Origin: Heteronotia binoei
Lineage: Eukaryota
NCBI RefSeq assembly: GCF_032191835.1
Contig: NC_083228.1
Coordinates: 71,610,001 to 71,674,000, forward strand
Direction of reading: 5' to 3'
Length of the DNA stretch: 64,000 bases
Numbering within the stretch: the first letter of the stretch is position 1; the number at the start of each line of letters is the position of its first letter. Positions 37,365 to 47,034 of this stretch are shown in pieces. The notes beneath the pieces are model-generated. The model did not search any database, was not told the origin of the DNA, and was given only the letters and a program-made list of their open reading frames with translations. A program made the translations under genes and the position numbers.

Positions 37365-37707
37365 CAGGGGTCCTCAAACTACGGCCCGCGGGCCAGATGC
37401 GGCCCGCTGAGGACGTTGATGCGGCCCGCCGGGTTATGGCAAAATCAGACCGGAAGTGACGTTCGACCTAAACTCGCGTTAGCAACGCACGCTTCCGGCA
37501 CTGGGCTGAGGCGGCGGAGACAGAGTGTGAGGTGATACCGAGGTGAGGTGAGTTCCCAGGCCAGGGTGTGTGGTGTGGGGAAGGGAGAGAGATGCAGAAG
37601 ACGGAGAACTGATGGCCCGCGGCCTTGTACAGTAACGGCAGTCCGGCCCTCCAACAGTCTGAGGGACAGTGAACTGGCCCCCTATTTAAAAAGTTTGAGG
37701 ACCCTTG
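37365..37707. mobile_element. OposCharlie1 (OC1)-like non-autonomous hAT element
   Basis: TIRs caggggtcctcaaact / agtttgaggacccttg. 8-bp TSD ctctagaa at 37357-37364 and 37708-37715. CpG-rich. Confidence 0.85.
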
Positions 37708-38384
37708 CTCTAGAAGAATGATGCTGAAATTATTTTTAGAATGAATGGTTTCATACACTGCACAACTATCGCATGCTAAGGCAGCCACCAATGATGTTAG
37801 CAAAAGTCAGGGGATATGCTGTCCTACAGGATGCCTCCTTTTACTTTTCTACAATAGGCAGCAGCACTAATGAATCTCTCCATATATTGTACTAATACAC
37901 ATCTTCACCTCAAACTCCAGGGTCTGGTCAATATTGGAGGATGCTAGGTCAATAGTTAGTAAGTTAATTAGTTAAAACATTTCTATGATGCCTTTCCACC
38001 CAAGGCATTTAAAATAAAGCATATGTAATTTCATATATCATAATTCAATAAAAAACATAAACACAGAGACATATATAATATGTATCACATCCCCATATAT
38101 CTATTATATTTTATTAGGGCTGAGCTCCATGTTTCCTTTTTTATTTTAGTTTTAAAATTTTGGCTAGAAGTCATGTTTTGAGGAAGTTTAAAATATTTCC
38201 TGGATAATGTGTGAAAATGGTTTACAAAATTAGAGAATGTAGCATATTATAGTCTAATAAACAACTGTGGGCCGATCTGGAAATCAGGTTCACACTGATG
38301 GTGGGGTGGGTGGGAGCCATGGCAGGCCTAGAGGCAGAGGCCAAGTGCTGTTCTGGGCTCATGAGAAGCAAAGGTGATGGTGTG

Positions 38385-38715
38385 GGGAAAGGGTTGCCAA
38401 GTCCAATGCAAGAAATATCTGGGGACTTTGGGGGTGGAGCCATAAGAAAAGTTGTGACAAGCACAATTGAACTCCAAAGGGAGTTCTGGCCATCACATTT
38501 AAAGGAACCACACACCTTTTAAATGCCTTCCCTACATTAGAAATAATGAAATAATTAGAAATCTTTTGGAGCTCATGGAATTGGACCCTTGGGCCAATCT
38601 TTTTGAAAAATGGAGAGCATTTTGAGGAGAGTCATCAGATGCTATGCTGAAAAGTTGGTGCCTCTACCTCAAAAAACAGCCCTTCCAGAGCCCCAGATAT
38701 CCCCGGATCAATTCA
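38385..38715 (+). mobile_element. TAGGGTTGCCA-family MITE fragment
   Basis: gggttgccaagtccaatgcaagaaatatctgggg followed by the family body. Confidence 0.8.
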
Positions 38716-38734
38716 TGTAGTTAATTCACTTACA

Positions 38735-39810
38735 GATTTAAGCTTAGGCAGTTATAACTTTAGAAATAAATCATTTTTTCATACAGCACATTTCTTGGCA
38801 AAAACTTTTTTCAGATAAATATGAGGCCACTGGATACCATTGTTCAAACACCTTGTTCTCATATGTTTTTGGTGACAAGTTCAGGTTTCCGTAGGCTAGT
38901 TTAGTTAGAATAAAATATTCCCAGATTTTTTCTTTCCAGGATTGTACAACAGGTAAGTTTTTTTCCTTCCATCTAATGGCTACCATTGACGTTGCTATGG
39001 ATAAAAGTATTGAGGCCATATTTCTTTTATTTTTAGATATGTCCCCTGGGTTCCAGTTATCTAAAGTACCACATCGGGATCTAATAAGATTTGCACTTGC
39101 AATATGGAGTTTATCTCTTTGATAATTGGTGTCCAAAATTTTGGAGTAGTTGGGCACAACCACCAAACATGCAGGTAAGTGGTGAGCTGTCCACATTGTT
39201 TTGGGCATGCTGCGGAACTGGATTAATTAAAACAATACTGCGTGGCTGGAGTTAAATACCAGCGAGTTAGTAATTTTGTAGATTGCATTTTAACTTTCAT
39301 GATTTTTGATGTAAAACTAGGTGATGACCAAATATTTGCCCAATCAGGTTCAGTTAGTGGATTTGTAAAATCTAAGTGCCATTGCTTTTGATAGTGCAGG
39401 AATTCTTTCTCATCCAGTTTCTTCAGGACATTATATAACAAAGCAATTAAGTGTGGTTGTTGAGTTCTATTTTGCTGTAGAAATTGTTCAAATGGGGTCA
39501 AGGCTCATTTTCTTGTGATTTTTAACTGTTCTGATTCAAGACAATGACGGATCTGCAGATAGATGTACCTGTCTTGTGCCTTGTTGTAATGACAACCAGT
39601 TAGAGTAGGTATTATTAATTTTAAGTTTTGCTGTTGGATTCTCATATAATGCATCAATAGATTTTAAAAAAATTGTTTCCAAAGTTAATCAGCTTCAGGA
39701 CAGTTCTTAAATAATCAATGTCAATGCTGTCAAAAGCGTTGTTAACATCTAGTGAAAGGACAGCTGCTTTCTTTTTTGTTGTTTTGCAACATGTGATTAG
39801 GCTCGCACTC
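38735..39810 (-). mobile_element. L1-clade ORF2 fragments with an internal deletion
   Basis: The RT-start motif AVLSLDVNNAFD lies next to C-terminal motifs WANIW, LLTRWYLTP and IAIRWK-like/FEQWYP. Confidence 0.75.
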
Positions 39811-40330
39811 AGCCTTAAAGACACAGACACACCATCCCAAGAGGAAACCTTTCCAAGTGGAATCTGAAGACCCCAGAGGTGGAAAGGCACATGGTGGCTG
39901 TGGGGGGGGGGTTACCCCCACCGGCCATCTGACTGGGAGCAGGAAGGAGCCTAGGAAAGTGGGAGAACCCCCGCTGGGACCTGGGGATTTCAAACAATGC
40001 TAGGACCACAGAGGTTTTATAACCAGGAAATAACAGAAAAAATACTCTCCGTGTAACAAAACAATATCACAATATAATTGCAATGATTCCCAGTACAGCA
40101 GTATATTATAATATCAACAATATAAATTTCAGTGACAAAATACCATCTGAAGCACACAACCTCACCACTGTCCACAAGATGATGCCACATTAATTCATTA
40201 CAGTCCAACGATGGCGCAAAAACAGTCCGCTCTTGTTTCAGGTCCATGTGATCCTTCCTCTGGACCGTCTTATTTATTTTTAGGTGCAGTAGCCTGATTG
40301 TGCCTTATTTAATTTAAATTCACTGTTTTA

Positions 40331-40425
40331 AGAACATAAGAGAAGCTATGTTGGATCAGGCCAATGGCCCATCCAGTCCAACACTCTGTATCACACAGTG
40401 GCCAAAAATTTATATATATATATAT
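40331..40425 (-). mobile_element. Isolated extra CR1 3' tail
   Basis: agaacataagagaagctatgttggatcaggcc...acagtggcc, followed by (ta)n. Confidence 0.85.
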
Positions 40426-42402
40426 ACATTGGCCTGATCCAACATGCATATACATAGGTGGGAATTCCAATTACCTGCCTCTTGCTCTATCTCCAAACTA
40501 ATTCCCCCAAATTAGGTGGAGACTCCCTATTTTGGGTAGCACATTTCTCAGGTTACTGAATATTAAAGATGTTACTACATTGCAGCAAGGTGCTGGGTTT
40601 ATGTATAACAAAGTTAGAACATAAGAGAAGCCATGTTGGATCAGGCCAATGGCCCATCCAGTCCAACACTTTGTGTCACACAGTGGCCAAATACACACAC
40701 ACACACACACACTGTGGCTAATAGCCACTGATGGACCTCTGCTCCATATTTTTATCTAACCCCCTCTTGAAGGTGGCTATACTTGTAGCCGCCACCACCT
40801 CCTGTGGCAGTGAATTCCACATGTTAATCACCCCTTGAGTGAAGAAGTACTTCCTTCTATCCGTTTTAACCTGACTGCTCAACAATTTTATTGAATGCCC
40901 ACGAGTTCTTGTATTGTGAGAAAGGGAGAAAGGTACTTATTTCTCTACTTTCTCCATCCCATGCATAATCTTGTAAACCTCTATCATGTCACCCTGCAGT
41001 CGACGTTTCTCCAAGCTAAAGAGTCCCAAGCGTTTTAACCTTTCTTCATAGGGAAAGTGTTCCAAACCTGTAATCATTCTAGTTGCCCTTTTCTGCACTT
41101 TTTCCAATGCTATAATATCTTTTTTGATGTGCGGTGACCAGAATTGCACACAGTATTCCAAATGAGACCACACCATCGATTTATACAGGGGCATTATGAT
41201 ACTGGCTGATTTGTTTTCAATTCCCTTCCTAATAATACCCAGCATGGTGTTGGCCTTTGCACCCCCAAACGGAATAAAGAGGCAGACAACAGTTATTGGG
41301 AAATGGGCCACTTTATTTAACAGTAAACAATTAGGCAAGGAGAACAGAGAGGACGAGCCCTGGGGTTACTCATGACCCCGCCAAGTCCTATAAGGGCGAG
41401 CCACCCAACCCCCGGTCATAGCCATACCCGAATGGCTATAACCGGGCGGCAGACCAAACATGTCATCCCCTAGTGCCCACCCCGATCACCAGAAAGGAGC
41501 GCCAAAAGGGGATACATGGACCCGATCTGCATTTCCGAACATTGAGCCGTAAAGCCCATCTGCCTTCCATACGGATCGTACGCACAACCACAGGAGCAGA
41601 GGCCTGGGTGCTCGCCGGCAAGGTCAGAATCCCTTGGAAATTCCGCAAAGTGGCCGAATTAGCTGCCTAACAAACTCCACACCACTGCTAGCAGTACAAG
41701 GTAGGCGAAAAACACAACACCAACGGCCAATTCAGGTGATGCGAAAAAATTCCTACCTGGCCCCTAATAAGGCGACCGGTAAAACCTGTACTACTGCAGG
41801 GTGGGCGGGCGGGCCGACGCCTCCACGAAACTGCGTGGAGAGGTTTGGGGCAGAGGCTACTTAAAGCCTCGCCCCCGCCCCCACAAAATTCCCGGATGCC
41901 CGGGAAGCTCCTCTTTGATCCTGCCGGGGCTGCAAAAGACGGCCCCACGGCGCGCAGCCACGTTGCGGCGCGGCCAGGGTGGGGCCGAATTGCACCCCCA
42001 AATGGAATAAAGAGGCAGACAACAGTTGTTTGGAAATGGGCCACTTTATTTAACAGTAAACAACTAGGCAAGGAGAACAGAGAGGACGAGCCCTGGGGTC
42101 ACTCATGACCCCGCCAAGTCCTATAAGGGCGAGCCACCCAACCCCCGGTCATAGCCATACCCGCATGGCTATAACCAGGTGGCAGACCAAACATGTCATC
42201 CCCTAGTGCCCACCCCGATCACCAGAAAGGGGCGCCAAAAGGGGATACATGGACCCGATCCCCATTTCCGAACATTGAGCCGTAAAGCCCATCTGCCTTC
42301 CATACGGATCGTACGCACAACCACAGGAGCAGAGGCCTGGGTGCTCGCCGGCAAGGTCAGAATCCCTTGGAAATTCCGCCAACCGCAACGCCAAGCCTTT
42401 GC

Positions 42403-42984
42403 TTAGGTGTTAGCGACCCCCGGGAGGCCCAAAGCCTCCCGAAGACCTTGCCTAAGCTCTGTCAAGAAGACCCAATTCGCCATCTGGCCGATAAAGCTCG
42501 GCATTGTGCACATTAATGCCAGGGTGTGGGAGAAAGGTGCCCAGACCTCCTTCAAGAGCCAACTGCAGGGCCCGGTTTGCCTTTCTCCTGGCCCGCTCGA
42601 TCCCAGCGAGGTTCCAGGCAGACTGCCACCTCCTCCGAGGCAAAATGGCCGACCAAATGATCCAGACTCCGGGCCACCTACTCGCAATGACCCGCAAGTC
42701 CGAGATTGCCTGCAGGGACAGTGCCCTGCCCTGCAACAAACCTAGGTCATTCCCACCCAGGTGAATGACCAACAGATGAGGAGGGGAATGAGGCCGATTG
42801 TCGAACAACAGCGACAACAACTGGGCCCATCAAAGCCCCCGACGCCCCAACCATTCAACAGTGGCCCATTCGCTCAGTCCGAGCTGTGACCCAAGCGATG
42901 AACTTCTTGCAAAATGGGCTGCCCAAAAGACCATGCTGTGACCGCATACGAGGATCCTCAGCCTCCCATGTCGAGCCACAGCAC
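42403..42984 (-). pseudogene. Ngaro SGNH hydrolase with a 1-nt frameshift and a ~20-nt deletion of the DGVH segment
   Basis: RILVCGHSMVFW (block I) and VIHLGGNDLG (block III). YRPDG is followed by out-of-frame NWVFLTELRQGL. Confidence 0.88.
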
Positions 42985-43010
42985 CTGAAACAAGAAAACA
43001 AAGTCAGAAC
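42983..43010 (-). promoter_or_regulatory. Predicted 3' splice acceptor (ttctgactttgttttcttgtttcag|GT, phase 1)
   Basis: Branch-point CTGAC, a pyrimidine tract and CAG. The exon starts at 42984. Confidence 0.7.
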
Positions 43011-43039
43011 AAACAACACCCAACTTTCCCCTTATGCAC

Positions 43040-43957
43040 TCAGGGGAGCAACAATGGGCGAACGTAAGACCGATAGGCCGGGGACCTCCAACGCCCGACC
43101 CATTGAATAGCCGGTCCCGGGTATCCCATGGCTGCGGCCGTTGAAGCCGCGCCAATCCTAAAAGAGTGAGTCCCAAAGCGGAAACCCCCCAGACCGAGAT
43201 TACCCAAGGCCCGGGAGGTAACCGCCCAAAACTGATACTTCGTAAGGGGAGATCCTCCCTTGTGCCGGAAAAAGGGGCCCATTTCAGAACCACGTAATTG
43301 ACAGTACGCACGTAGCGCCTGGACCGGACAGAGCCCAGGCACAGAGCAGGGACCTAGCCTGATGGTAGTGCCTTTGCCTCGCTGGTCCGTCTTGGACCGC
43401 CGTACCTGCAACAGTACCTGCCCATGCTTAAATGACACATCACCCATCTGCAAAGCGGTGTCAGCTGTGTCCCTCCGCGAGGACTGGACTAGCTCGCTAA
43501 CACGCAGGGCTCCGAAAAAGGCGGAAAGGGCCGCAGTGTGAAACAACACAATCTCATAGTCCGAACTACAGACTTTGGGCCACTCTCCTCCCAAACCTTG
43601 CAGAATGGTGGGGGATATGGGCTCCCTAGTATCAACTCTCTGCCCTTGTTCCCTGGACCAACCCTTAAGCATCTTCTTGATCCTAAAATCCTCCCCAACG
43701 GCAGGGAAGCCTTGGGCTTTGCTGAGAAATGACAACGCCACCAAGTGGCCCTTGATGGTTTTAACTTTCATACCCTTAGACTTCTGATAAACACAAAACT
43801 GCATCAAATGGGCCACCGGGATGGGCCATACCTCACCCAGCCCGGCGGATCGGCGGAATACCTTGAACAGTGATGACACACGATCATAAGCCCTCCGCGT
43901 ACTCGAGGCCAGCGCTAAAAGGATTGCCCTACCTGCTTCGGCCAGCCAAGGTGCCAA
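43040..43957 (-). CDS. Ngaro tyrosine recombinase (305 aa, apparently intact)
   Basis: Catalytic R (GALRVSEL), K (RSKTDQ), HxxR (HSFRIG) and GRWRSPAYRSY. Overlaps the end of the RNase H frame. Confidence 0.95.
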   Translation of the reverse strand: MAPWLAEAGRAILLALASSTRRAYDRVSSLFKVFRRSAGLGEVWPIPVAHLMQFCVYQKSKGMKVKTIKGHLVALSFLSKAQGFPAVGEDFRIKKMLKGWSREQGQRVDTREPISPTILQGLGGEWPKVCSSDYEIVLFHTAALSAFFGALRVSELVQSSRRDTADTALQMGDVSFKHGQVLLQVRRSKTDQRGKGTTIRLGPCSVPGLCPVQALRAYCQLRGSEMGPFFRHKGGSPLTKYQFWAVTSRALGNLGLGGFRFGTHSFRIGAASTAAAMGYPGPAIQWVGRWRSPAYRSYVRPLLLP

Positions 43958-45791
43958 AGGTGGGGTGGCATCTGAGTCGGATGGGCATCGGCCTCCGGGG
44001 CAAGAAGGCGGAACCGCTCCATCTGTCGGCGAGACAGGGCATCCGCCACCCCGTTATTAATGCCTGGCACATGCTTGGCAACGAATACGATGTTTAACTG
44101 TAGACAGCGCAGGACAAAAACTTGCACAAACGACATAACTGGTTTGGATTTGGACGTCAAAGAGTTGACCACGTGCACTACAGCTAGGTTGTCGCACCAA
44201 AAGTGCACGACCTTATCTGCCATCTGTGCGCCCCAAATGAAAACTGCTACAACTATGGGGAAGAATTCCAACAAAGTCAAGTTTTTACAAAGGCCACTGT
44301 GGAGCCACTCCTCAGGCCACGGCTCGGCGCACCAATGACTCCTGAACAGGACACCGAAACCAAGAGAGCCTGCCGCGTCGGAGGCGATTTGGAGGTCCGC
44401 TTCGAGCATCAGCTCCTCCCTCCAAAAAGACACTCCGTTGAAAGAAGTCAAAAACTCCTCCCAAACTTCCAGGTCACCGCGGATGTTCTCTGTTATCCTG
44501 ACACTATGATGGGGTAGGCGGATGTTAGCCATGGCGTCACAAAGGCGCCGAATAAAGGCTCTACCCGGGGCGATGGCTCTACAGGCGAAGTTCAGGTACC
44601 CGACGAGTTGCTGCAGCTCGAGTAGTGACACCTTGCGCCTGCCCCTCATCGCACGGAGTCTGGTCCTAATCTGGCCAACCTTGTCATCCGGCAACCGGGA
44701 CGACTGTTGTACGGTATCTAATTCAATACCCAGGAAAATGATAGAGGTGGCAGGGACCTCCGTTTTTTCATGAGCGAGTGGCATGCCCAACTCCGCTGCT
44801 AATCTCGTAAAAAGGTCTAGTAAACAGGCGCAATTGCCAGAATCAGATGCGCCTGCGAACAAAAAATCATCCAAATAGTGCACCACCTCGCGGCAGCCCG
44901 ACCTGTTCTTGACCAGCCACTCCAAAAAGGAGCTGAAACGCTCAAAGGCGGCGCAGGACACTGAGCAACCCATGGGTAATGCCCTATCTAGGTAAAAGTT
45001 ACCTTCAAACTGGAAACCCAATAATTCGAAGTCTTCCGGGTGAACTGGCAATAGTCGAAATGCAGATTTTATATCACATTTCGCCATTTCCGCACCAGGC
45101 CCACAGCTCTGAATGACCTTAACTGCTTGGTCAAATGACGTATAACGAACAGAACACAAATGGTCAGGTATGCTGTCATTGACCGACCCGCCCGCAGGGT
45201 AAGATAAATGGTGAATAAGCCGAAACTCACCACCACCTTCTTAGGGACCACCCCCAACAGGGATACCCTCAAATTGGGAACGGGAGGGGCGGTGAATGGG
45301 CCAATGACTCGCCCTTCAGCGCATTCCTTAGCAATCTTTTCCCTGACCACGTGTTCCAAACCAATAACAGAACGCAAATTGGCAGCACCACAAGGGACCC
45401 TGGGTCCGATGTAAGGGATGCGAAAACCAAATGTGAAACCCTCCAACAAATACAACTTGTCCGCGACCCGCGGGTAATTTCGAATGAAGCGTTCAAGGAC
45501 CCTCAGCCGAATGGGGCTGGGGCCCTTTTCCCATCGACTGAGGGCCGCCACTGCCCCCGGGACATTTGGGTCCGCCTTTTGGTTTCGCCTTGCTACATGC
45601 TGAAAAGGCATGAGGACCTCCACACAGCGGGCACTCGTGTTTGAATTTGCAAGCCTTCCTCGAGCAGACGCCTTGGGAGGTGTATTCCCAACACAACAGC
45701 CGGGGTTGAACCGGCTGGCCCGCCATAGGGCGGGCCGTTGAAGTGCTTGCTTGCTTATGGACCAAGTGCCCACTATCAGCCCTATCCCCAA
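43915..45791 (-). pseudogene. Ngaro reverse transcriptase/RNase H with one frameshift near 45232
   Basis: LGVVPKK|GEFRLIHHLSYP, KCDIKSAFR, LPMGCSVS, YLDDFL, SDAAGSLGFG, WCDN and ADALSR. No methyltransferase domain seen. Confidence 0.93.
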
Positions 45792-47034
45792 AATTGGGTT
45801 TAGCCGGGGCCATCAGTTGCAACCATAACTGTTGGTTGATTTGGTCCCACGGCAGTAGGGGGTTAATTGCCGCCCTCATTCGAAACGTTTTGTCGTACTG
45901 CAACCAGGTGGGACCACCAAAATCCGTGTAAGCCCGGTATATAATATCGCAGTACTGGAATAAGGTGGCGGCCCTAGCGGGCTGCGCCCTAGCTATAACA
46001 CCGGCGTAAATAAGAAAACCCGGCAGCCAGTTGGCCCAGGTTCTGTCTACTCTCTGCCGCTTGAGTTTCTCTTTTTCTTTTTCATCAAGTTCCTCTTTGT
46101 TTTTCTTCTCCAGTTCCCTGTACAACAAGCTAAAAACGTCCACATACTCGCCCCTCAGGATCTTTTCCCTTGTGGCAGGGGTGAGGTGGTCGCCCAGCGG
46201 CATAGCAGGGTCACCGTAAGGAATAGATAGCAAAGGAACAGATCCATAAGGATTCTGTATATATCCCCACGGATTGCAAGGCACAGCCGGCCAACCAAAA
46301 GGATGCACGGAGTGCATTTGGCTACCCCACGGCAAAATTCCCACGGAAGCAGGTGCCGCTCCGGGGGTTGAGGCGGCGGACGGCGTGGGAGGTGCCAAAG
46401 GCGGCTGCCCCCATGCTGCTGTAATACCTGGGATCTGACCAAGAGTGGCACCACCCGAAGCCCAGGATGGGCCCGGGACTGCAAGGGACGGCCCTTGACC
46501 GCCCTCGCGCTGCAAGGTGTCTACCCTAGCTTCCCCAGGCTGCTGTGGTAGGTTTGGGCCCCAGGAGCCCCACGGCCAATGAGTGTGCTGTGAAGCCAAG
46601 ACCGCCCTACCTTCCTCCATAACCGGTGTCCCCACCACCACCGCCGGTTGTGCCGCTTGTTGTTGTTCCTCAGGTTCGTCCAAACCACCGCTGGCACCAC
46701 CCGACAGTGGTTCGCCGCTCGACTCACCCCCTTGAGAATGGTCTGCCCTTGACCTGGCAACCATAGTGTCCTGCAAAAAAGAAAGTCTGGAGAGCAACTC
46801 TCTCTCAAATGTAATGGTTCCTGACCTGCCACTCGCGCTATGGCGCCCCGGCCAAACCGCTTGGGACCCAGACGCACCCTGCTCCTCCTCCATAACCCTT
46901 ACCCTGTCTAATATGGCCTGGCGTATCACCGCAGTGTCCGTCTTCTCAGAAGGAGGATCAGTGTGTCTGCGCTTGGACGCTGCCTTGGCTGGCTGCTTGC
47001 CCTTAGACGGGCCCTGACCTTTTTTAGGAGCCAT
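45493..47034 (-). CDS. Ngaro gag-like ORF1 (513 aa)
   Basis: Open frame with a basic N-terminus, a conserved core (PLGDHLTPATREKILRGEYVD, WLQYDKTFR) and a Cys/His zinc-finger region (CWEYTSQGVCSRKACKFKHECPLCGGPHAFSAC). Confidence 0.93.
   Translation of the reverse strand: MAPKKGQGPSKGKQPAKAASKRRHTDPPSEKTDTAVIRQAILDRVRVMEEEQGASGSQAVWPGRHSASGRSGTITFERELLSRLSFLQDTMVARSRADHSQGGESSGEPLSGGASGGLDEPEEQQQAAQPAVVVGTPVMEEGRAVLASQHTHWPWGSWGPNLPQQPGEARVDTLQREGGQGPSLAVPGPSWASGGATLGQIPGITAAWGQPPLAPPTPSAASTPGAAPASVGILPWGSQMHSVHPFGWPAVPCNPWGYIQNPYGSVPLLSIPYGDPAMPLGDHLTPATREKILRGEYVDVFSLLYRELEKKNKEELDEKEKEKLKRQRVDRTWANWLPGFLIYAGVIARAQPARAATLFQYCDIIYRAYTDFGGPTWLQYDKTFRMRAAINPLLPWDQINQQLWLQLMAPAKPNFGDRADSGHLVHKQASTSTARPMAGQPVQPRLLCWEYTSQGVCSRKACKFKHECPLCGGPHAFSACSKAKPKGGPKCPGGSGGPQSMGKGPQPHSAEGP
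46722..46730 (-). promoter_or_regulatory. Predicted 5' splice donor in gag (GGG|gtgagt, phase 1, intron starts 46727)
   Basis: Consensus GTGAGT after the first base of gag codon 103. Confidence 0.65.

Noticed and set aside
41650-41660. Copy of the first 9 nt of repeat A (aattcggcc) just before B2 as a functional site
   Set aside because: Short, and no analogous copy was seen in the left element.
46897-46905. Alternative gag donor AGG|gtaagg as partner of the hydrolase acceptor
   Set aside because: It is phase 0, so it is out of frame with the phase-1 acceptor, and no equivalent was seen in the left element.
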